NCBI GenBank assembly: GCA_964585295.1
Contig: CAZPCY010000002.1
Coordinates: 102,745-166,744, forward strand
Length of the DNA stretch: 64,000 bases
From: an uncultured Candidatus Poseidoniales archaeon
Lineage (GTDB): Archaea; Thermoplasmatota; Poseidoniia; Poseidoniales; Thalassarchaeaceae
Reading direction: 5' to 3'
The number at the start of each line of letters is the position of its first letter. Within the stretch, counting starts at the first letter, position 1. The position numbers and the translations under genes are program-made. A model generated the notes under the pieces. It was not told the DNA's origin. It saw nothing but the letters and a program-made list of their open reading frames with translations, and made no database searches. Of the stretch, positions 58,409 to 64,000 are shown one piece after another.

Positions 58409-61400
58409 ATGGTCACACGGGTGCCGGTGGAGGCTAGGCTCGCAGCAGCCATCGTGCTGATCATGCTGATTATGCCCTTGGCGCCGATTGCGACCGCAAC
58501 CCAATCCCGAGCCCCCGGCGTGGATCTAAGACCTACAGGATTCTCGACCCAATATGTCGACTCTGGAGACAGGTCCGAATTCGGACTCCTGTCCCGTGCC
58601 ACCCCGCCCACCCATCCGACCAGAAGTTCCAATCTCTGGGTCGTAGATGGACTGGTTGGGAAGGGACTCAGCATCTCCGCCACCGTTCGGAACGATGGTG
58701 ATGCATCGGCTTCTTCATTCGATGTCCAATTCGTCGTCATCCATGACGAGTATGGCTCATTCGAGATTCTGAACTCCAGCAGTACGATATCCTCCCTCGC
58801 CGCGGGTTCATCAAACACAGCATCTACGACTTGGACTCCAACCTACTCGGGGAATCACACCTTACGTATCGAGACCGTTTCCATTCAAGACTCCAATTTG
58901 GCAAACGACCGGATTCAATCGACCATAACCATCGGAGCGATGTACGAGACGGCGGAGAGTGGCACCTCTTGGACTAGAGGGAACGGTTGGAACATAGACA
59001 GCACGCACTCCCTTGGAGGGACCTCTTCGTTCAAGATAGGAGCGAGTGGCACCAGTGGCCAGTACAGCAACCTCTGGACCACATCCGTCACCTCTCCTTC
59101 GATGGATCTATCCGATGCTCATACCTCACCTAACAGCGGTTTCGGAATCGGTTTCTTCTACACCGGGTCGACCGAATCGAACGATCGCATGATGCTGCAG
59201 GTGGTCTCGGCTGGCAACGTGCATGATGTGATGGGAAGCGGAGGTCTATCCGGGAATGTGAACGGTCAACCGAACCAGTGGTTGATCAATGTCAACAACG
59301 TCGGAGGCAGAAGTGTTCCTTGGTATCCGATTGATCCATCCACCCTCTCTTCGAACTCGCAGTTTAGGTTCCTGTTCACCTCGGATGCCACTGGCACGGA
59401 TGTTGGATATTGGATCGATGACATCGTCATGTTCTACGATCAGAAGGCCGCGCCTAAGGAATTCAGACTGACTGCCAGCGGCGCTTCCCATGCGAGCGCT
59501 CCACGAACCGGTTGGGGTGACCTAAGTTTCTCAGTCCGTAATGATGGCAACGTGACCGATCGGTTCACTTTGGCTGCTGAAGGGCTACCTTCCGATTGGA
59601 ATATCCAATTCGCCAATCCGAGTGGCAGTGGTCTAGTAGCGGGCACCGAGATAGAATTACAGGCGGGTGAGACGCGGGCGTTCGTCCTCAAGTTCCAGCC
59701 ACCTGAGGATTCTGCGACGGTGTCAGAATCCGGCACGATTCGAATCCAGAGCGTGCTGGAATCCACCGCTGTAGCGACACATGGTTTCACGGCCACTGTC
59801 GATCCGAGATACGCTCCAGAGTGGGAGGGCGATCTGCCCACTCAACGCTGCGCTCCAGGACAAACCTGCACATTCACAGTGAGGTTGACGAACGGAGGGG
59901 ATGGTAGCGACACGTTCGTACTCAGCGCTGCACCAGAATTGCTACCCGACGACTGGTCATTCGGCCTCTCCAGTGATCAACCGTCTTCCGTGACGCTACA
60001 ACCCGGGGAGGGATCTGATGTCAAGATGGCAGTGGCAGTGCCGGTCGATGCCCCATCGGGTACCGATGCTAGATGCAGGTTGATTGCGGAAAGTCAAGCA
60101 GATTCGAGCAGCACCATGGAGACCACGGTCAATGTCACCGCCTCCATGATCTCAGCAGCGAGCGTGGTTCTTGACCAGGATTCCCTTCCCGGCGACGGTC
60201 TGCTCGGAATCGGCGAACATGTTGATTTGATCTACGTCGTAACGAACGAGGCCAACCGTCAGGACATCTACTCTGTGTCATTGGAAGGCTTGACCGGTAC
60301 CGAATGGGACGTCACGATTCTAGGTGTGCCGACCCTCTCCGTCGCATCGAATGACTCCGGTCTTGTCAGAGTCAGACTGACCGCTCCTGCCGACGGCTTG
60401 GCGAACGACCCAGCCACGAGATTCGAGGTGGTTCTGACTTCCGGTCAATCGGGTTCCACATTCCGTAGCTCCCAATTTGAAGGGGTGCGGGTCAGTATGC
60501 ATCACGACCTCTCCATAACTCTCACGGCAGAGCCTACGAGTTGGACGCCAAGCATCGCGGATGCCATCCGATTGAATGTTACCAACGAAGGTAACGGCGA
60601 CGACCAAGTCTACATCGATGTTACCGGCTTGCCAACCGGCTGGAACTGGTCAATAAGGGTCGATGGGGTCGCCTCTTCGATACCCTTCCCGATAGGTCTA
60701 GCTCCCGATGCTGATTCGACCAGAAGCGTTGAGATTGTAGTCGACCCATCAGGTAGTGCATCGCCTGGTACAACCGTCAAAGCGAAGATTACGGTCAGTC
60801 CAGCGATAGGTTTGGATGTTGATCCAGCCGATAACGAGATTACTTCCAGCATCAAGGTGGAATCGATAAGATTGGCAGAGATGAGTGGCTTCCCTGTACA
60901 AGAGAGGAGCGGAATCCTCCTCGGTTCGACCTCTTTTGAGGAGGTTACCATCCGTAACGAAGGTAATGCATACGATGGTGGCCTACAAGTGCGCCTTCGT
61001 ATGGATCCCATGATGCCAGAACTCGAGGCAGCAATCATCGTTGATGGTGTCGAGCACGGGTTGACCTCTTGGGTTGACATCCCACTCTCGCCGCAGGCGG
61101 AGGTGATGGTAGTGACACGCCTCATGATCGGCGAAGGCATTCCGCTTGAGACCAAGGTCACGCTCACCGTTGATGTCCGTCGAGAGGGAGATGCTTCCCC
61201 AATCGCACTGACCAGCAGCCTCACCTACACAGCAGACGAGGAGAGAGTTATCGAAGCGGAAACCACTCTGGAAGAGACCTTCACTGCAGATCTGGCAACG
61301 AGTGGAGATTTCGCTGTAGATGTGACGAGTCGCTCTACTAGAGATGAGGAGGTCTATCTACGATCATTCACACCCAGTGGATGGACGATGTCTTGCACAC

Positions 61401-62476
61401 CAACGAATGGAAGAGGCGATTCTTACCGTCTGATCCTTGAGCCCGATTCATCTGTTGGAAGAACCCTTCCATTCGATTGTGATTATGTGGTCGCGGAAGA
61501 TGCTGAGGATGGAACCATTCGTCTGGAATTGCATGATGCCGATGGGACGGTTCTATGGTTGTCGATTCACACAGCTACAATAGTTCGCCCAGATAATGTA
61601 GAAGACGAACCACTTCTATCAGGAGGTACGTCCACTGCCTTGGCCGCTGGTGGTCTCGTATCTCTACTAGCCATCGCCACGGTACTCTTCACTTTGATGA
61701 TGAGGCGACGGAAGAGTCTGGATGAGGAGCCATTGGAGGAGAAGGGGAGCGATGATCTCGTCTCTCTGGATGGTCATCCGACGCCGGTGATTTCGGATTA
61801 TCAAACAACACAGCAGCCGGCTCAAACACCGCCGGCAACCACTGCCCACGCAGCAGAATCAGAGTACCAATACCCAACAGCACACGCTTCACATCCCCAA
61901 GTCACAACCGATCACGGAATGATATGGGATGGTCAACGTTGGGTCGCACCCCAGGTTGGGATCTCCTCACAGGCCGCCCAGTACAGCCACTCTCAGGACC
62001 AACTCCAACAACAATTCCAACCTCAACCCACTGTGGAAACTCCCTACCAGCAGGAGACGCCTAACCTGGCTTACAATCCGGAACCCACGCATCCAATCGG
62101 CGCTCAGGAAGCAGCCACTGCACCCGTAGGGCAACTCGATGGTGCATTCGCAAGCCTCGGAATGACCCACCAAGATGTTGGGTCGGGACCCGTGGATGCT
62201 GCCATCGAACCATCCGAAACCTTCGCCCAACCCGTTGAATCAGTCTTTGAACCGGTGCAGTCGGAAGTCGAATTCTCGGTTGAAAATGCAACGATGGAAG
62301 ATGCAGAACAGACGGCAGCTAGTGGCACGACGCCATTGCCCATCATAGCGTGTACACATTGCCACAATCCATTGGGGCCAACAGACATCTGGTCTGAATG
62401 TCCAGGTTGCGGCGGCTACAGACATCAGGCATGTCTCGGGGCATCTCCGATATGCCCAAGATGTCACTCCTCCTGA
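58409..62476 (+). CDS. Giant surface protein (1355 aa): signal peptide, CARDB-like domains, lectin/jelly-roll-like domain, multiple CARDB/DUF11-like repeats, C-terminal TM, cytoplasmic Gln-rich disordered region and terminal Cys4 zinc ribbon
   Basis: Signal peptide AAAIVLIMLIMPLAPIATA; RNDGDASASSFDVQF and RNDGNVTDRFTL CARDB-like motifs; TM LAAGGLVSLLAIATVLFTLMM; C-terminal CTHCHN...CPGCGGYRHQAC...CPRCHS. Confidence 0.8.
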   Translation: MVTRVPVEARLAAAIVLIMLIMPLAPIATATQSRAPGVDLRPTGFSTQYVDSGDRSEFGLLSRATPPTHPTRSSNLWVVDGLVGKGLSISATVRNDGDASASSFDVQFVVIHDEYGSFEILNSSSTISSLAAGSSNTASTTWTPTYSGNHTLRIETVSIQDSNLANDRIQSTITIGAMYETAESGTSWTRGNGWNIDSTHSLGGTSSFKIGASGTSGQYSNLWTTSVTSPSMDLSDAHTSPNSGFGIGFFYTGSTESNDRMMLQVVSAGNVHDVMGSGGLSGNVNGQPNQWLINVNNVGGRSVPWYPIDPSTLSSNSQFRFLFTSDATGTDVGYWIDDIVMFYDQKAAPKEFRLTASGASHASAPRTGWGDLSFSVRNDGNVTDRFTLAAEGLPSDWNIQFANPSGSGLVAGTEIELQAGETRAFVLKFQPPEDSATVSESGTIRIQSVLESTAVATHGFTATVDPRYAPEWEGDLPTQRCAPGQTCTFTVRLTNGGDGSDTFVLSAAPELLPDDWSFGLSSDQPSSVTLQPGEGSDVKMAVAVPVDAPSGTDARCRLIAESQADSSSTMETTVNVTASMISAASVVLDQDSLPGDGLLGIGEHVDLIYVVTNEANRQDIYSVSLEGLTGTEWDVTILGVPTLSVASNDSGLVRVRLTAPADGLANDPATRFEVVLTSGQSGSTFRSSQFEGVRVSMHHDLSITLTAEPTSWTPSIADAIRLNVTNEGNGDDQVYIDVTGLPTGWNWSIRVDGVASSIPFPIGLAPDADSTRSVEIVVDPSGSASPGTTVKAKITVSPAIGLDVDPADNEITSSIKVESIRLAEMSGFPVQERSGILLGSTSFEEVTIRNEGNAYDGGLQVRLRMDPMMPELEAAIIVDGVEHGLTSWVDIPLSPQAEVMVVTRLMIGEGIPLETKVTLTVDVRREGDASPIALTSSLTYTADEERVIEAETTLEETFTADLATSGDFAVDVTSRSTRDEEVYLRSFTPSGWTMSCTPTNGRGDSYRLILEPDSSVGRTLPFDCDYVVAEDAEDGTIRLELHDADGTVLWLSIHTATIVRPDNVEDEPLLSGGTSTALAAGGLVSLLAIATVLFTLMMRRRKSLDEEPLEEKGSDDLVSLDGHPTPVISDYQTTQQPAQTPPATTAHAAESEYQYPTAHASHPQVTTDHGMIWDGQRWVAPQVGISSQAAQYSHSQDQLQQQFQPQPTVETPYQQETPNLAYNPEPTHPIGAQEAATAPVGQLDGAFASLGMTHQDVGSGPVDAAIEPSETFAQPVESVFEPVQSEVEFSVENATMEDAEQTAASGTTPLPIIACTHCHNPLGPTDIWSECPGCGGYRHQACLGASPICPRCHSS

Positions 62477-62958
62477 TCGATGGCGGTTGTCCTCAACCAA
62501 GATGGGGCCTCTATCGGGTCGCCTTCTGGGTTGACTCCAGGGGATGTATTCCAATTCCCATCGAATGGTTGAGTCAGTACCTCCATGCATCCGATTCTAG
62601 CCAGAGCCTCGATCGCGGCGGCTGTTCGCGCCTCTACTGGGGATATCTCCTCTTTGAATATCGAATCCAAATCCAAACACAACCTCTCGAATGTTCTAGT
62701 TCCATCTGCGAGTTCCCAAACTGCGCTCATCATGCCATCGAGAGGACGACGAAGTGTATTCCTGCCTCTGAACAACCGAGACGCCAAGCGATCAATTCTG
62801 TTCAGCCTCTTGCGTTGGACGATAACGACCGAAGACCCTGAGATAAGATGTGATGAATTAGGAGAATCTGAATCATCCCTCCAACCCCAGAATACCTCTG
62901 ACCTCACAGGATGGGTGCCTCTTAGGGCTTCGATTGGGATGGCCACGATTGACGGCAA
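62464..62958 (-). CDS. PqqD/RRE-like domain protein (candidate peptide chaperone), orphan
   Basis: LDGMMSAVWELADGTRTFERLCLDLDSIFKEE...EALARIG resembles the PqqD family NETAAxIWELxDGxRT core; the competing + strand ORF is basic Ser/Arg-rich. Confidence 0.4.
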   Translation of the reverse strand: MPSIVAIPIEALRGTHPVRSEVFWGWRDDSDSPNSSHLISGSSVVIVQRKRLNRIDRLASRLFRGRNTLRRPLDGMMSAVWELADGTRTFERLCLDLDSIFKEEISPVEARTAAAIEALARIGCMEVLTQPFDGNWNTSPGVNPEGDPIEAPSWLRTTAIDQEE

Positions 62959-62985
62959 GAGGTGGAGACAAATGACCGATTCGGG

Positions 62986-63177
62986 TCAAATCTCTAGTTG
63001 CATCGTCCATATGGCAAGAGAAGCCATGCAGGCGGATCCGATAATCGCCACAAGTCGCAACATTCTGACGCGTTCGGTGAATGTCCTGAGATACCAAGCG
63101 ATAACGCCGCAAATCGCAATTACCGCGAGGAGCAGGTACCATGCTGGTGGCAGGGCCACGCATCGGCGAACAGGCAC
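62986..63177 (-). CDS. Small two-TM hydrophobic protein (63 aa) immediately upstream of the PqqD-like ORF
   Basis: Two hydrophobic helices (AWYLLLAVIAICGVIAWYL; LVAIIGSACMASLAIW); 27 nt spacing to the next ORF. Confidence 0.3.
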   Translation of the reverse strand: MPVRRCVALPPAWYLLLAVIAICGVIAWYLRTFTERVRMLRLVAIIGSACMASLAIWTMQLEI

Positions 63178-63317
63178 ACACTCTCAAGATGCCCCCCCAA
63201 AGTGGCATATCGACAGAGATTGGACGATCGTCCGTGAGCAGAGACCATGCAAGGAATCGCGTCTGACCACATTCCCTTGCGACGGAATCAAGGCATCTCC
63301 GTGACGGGTGGAGGCGC

Positions 63318-64000
63318 ATGGGGCTGAGAGGAGTCGGGAGGACTCTCCTCGCTGTCGACCGAGTCCTAGTACTGATTGGAGACTCTCTTGGCTCTCGAAT
63401 AAGGTCCAATGGTGTTCGGGACCTAGCGATAATCTCAGGCTACGGGTTCGCGTACCTATTGGTCACCTTAGCCCCAGCTGAGATCGGGCTCCCCCTCCTC
63501 TGGCTGTGCTGGTTCGTGGTGATCGCCCACAGTCGTTCTTGGGTTTCAAACGAAGCGGAGCGGAGAGACATTGCCCGAGGACTATCGGATGTCGATCCCG
63601 ACTCTCTTCCGGACCTTCGTAGAACCGCCTTCTTGTCCGCCATGCAACTGTTTGTGATTATCCCCCTCCTATTCGATCTGACCGATCGAGTCTTTGGCAT
63701 CGGGGAAACTTCAGGTGATACTGACATCAGAGAATGGATGCTTTTCTCGATTGATCTGTTGTCGAGATCATTGCTCGACTGGGCCGAGGTGTACGAGATC
63801 TCATTCTCATCAATCACTCCGAATTCCATGTGGACTCGCCACATGATTCTCCTGCAACTGCTGACAATCGACTTCTTGCTGGTACAGGCGATAATCAGAT
63901 TGCTCGAAATTCGTAGAATTACGGATGAAGGAGTTCGAGCGACCGCTCGGGACCCTGATCACTCCGTCCGACTCGGGAAGAGGGCGGTAAAGCCTCTAAT
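63318..64000 (+). CDS. Hypothetical polytopic membrane protein, 3'-truncated by the window edge (absent from the ORF track because it has no in-window stop)
   Basis: My translation from the ATG at 63318 (MGLRGVGRTLLAVDRVLVLIGD...) runs more than 227 codons without a stop to the window end; several hydrophobic segments. Confidence 0.45.
   Translation, partial: MGLRGVGRTLLAVDRVLVLIGDSLGSRIRSNGVRDLAIISGYGFAYLLVTLAPAEIGLPLLWLCWFVVIAHSRSWVSNEAERRDIARGLSDVDPDSLPDLRRTAFLSAMQLFVIIPLLFDLTDRVFGIGETSGDTDIREWMLFSIDLLSRSLLDWAEVYEISFSSITPNSMWTRHMILLQLLTIDFLLVQAIIRLLEIRRITDEGVRATARDPDHSVRLGKRAVKPL

Noticed and set aside
62585-63304. 239-aa plus-strand ORF overlapping the PqqD-like and 2-TM minus-strand ORFs
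   Set aside because: Its composition is basic and Ser/Arg-rich, unlike this acidic proteome, with no recognisable domain. It is kept as an alternative only; strand assignment here is genuinely uncertain.
62873-63409. 178-aa minus-strand ORF
   Set aside because: It is Arg/Cys/Pro-rich and overlaps the start of the plus-strand membrane gene, so it is probably spurious.
1-64000. CRISPR arrays, IS elements, integrases, prophage or plasmid modules
   Set aside because: No short direct-repeat/spacer arrays, no DDE or tyrosine recombinase-like ORFs, and no terminal inverted repeats were seen. The only tRNA (Val) has no adjacent integrase.

Overview
This is a densely coding archaeal chromosomal segment of roughly 50% GC. 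The ORFs are almost contiguous, with many 1-4 nt start/stop overlaps, and there are no obvious introns. It carries archaeal/eukaryal-type informational genes: PAN, primase PriS, Kae1, aMBF1, Tsr3, ribosomal proteins S19e, L39e, L31e and S17e, archaeal-type ProRS, MetRS and split transketolase. One large surface protein ends in a PGF-CTERM archaeosortase-type sorting signal. Proteins are strongly acidic, with long poly-D/E tracts, consistent with a halophilic or marine planktonic euryarchaeon. A Ta0583/MreB-like actin homologue and futalosine-pathway genes would fit a Thermoplasmatota-like lineage, but that is speculation.

The window contains:
- housekeeping genes (coaBC, proS, metG, tkt N/C, priS, pan, kae1, alaX-like, tRNA-Val(GAC), an r-protein cluster, a trmH/spoU-like gene);
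- metabolism: futalosine-type menaquinone genes mqnE/C-like, mqnA and mqnD; a histidine-utilisation set hutH-hutU-hutI that uses formiminotransferase plus cyclodeaminase instead of hutG; methylmalonyl-CoA mutase catalytic subunit plus epimerase; a folE-queE-queC-queD preQ0 operon;
- transport: an OPT oligopeptide transporter, a P-type Ca2+-ATPase, a CNNM/CorC family protein, an ABC-2 exporter.

The accessory content is unusual. There are two giant secreted or membrane proteins (1427 and 1355 aa) and a beta-propeller receptor-like protein. The window is rich in calcium-binding modules: TSP3-type DxDxDG repeats, two EF-hand pairs, and polyacidic tails. A conserved Cys4 zinc-ribbon plus EF-hand-pair cassette is shared by two unrelated membrane proteins. 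Many further zinc-ribbon ORFs are present. MqnD is fused to a deoxyhypusine-hydroxylase-like HEAT half-domain. An orphan PqqD/RRE-like ORF sits beside a tiny 2-TM ORF. A polyproline (FH1-like) acidic protein is co-operonic with priS.

No CRISPR array, transposase or integrase was recognised. Two long ORFs run off the window edges and are absent from the ORF track.
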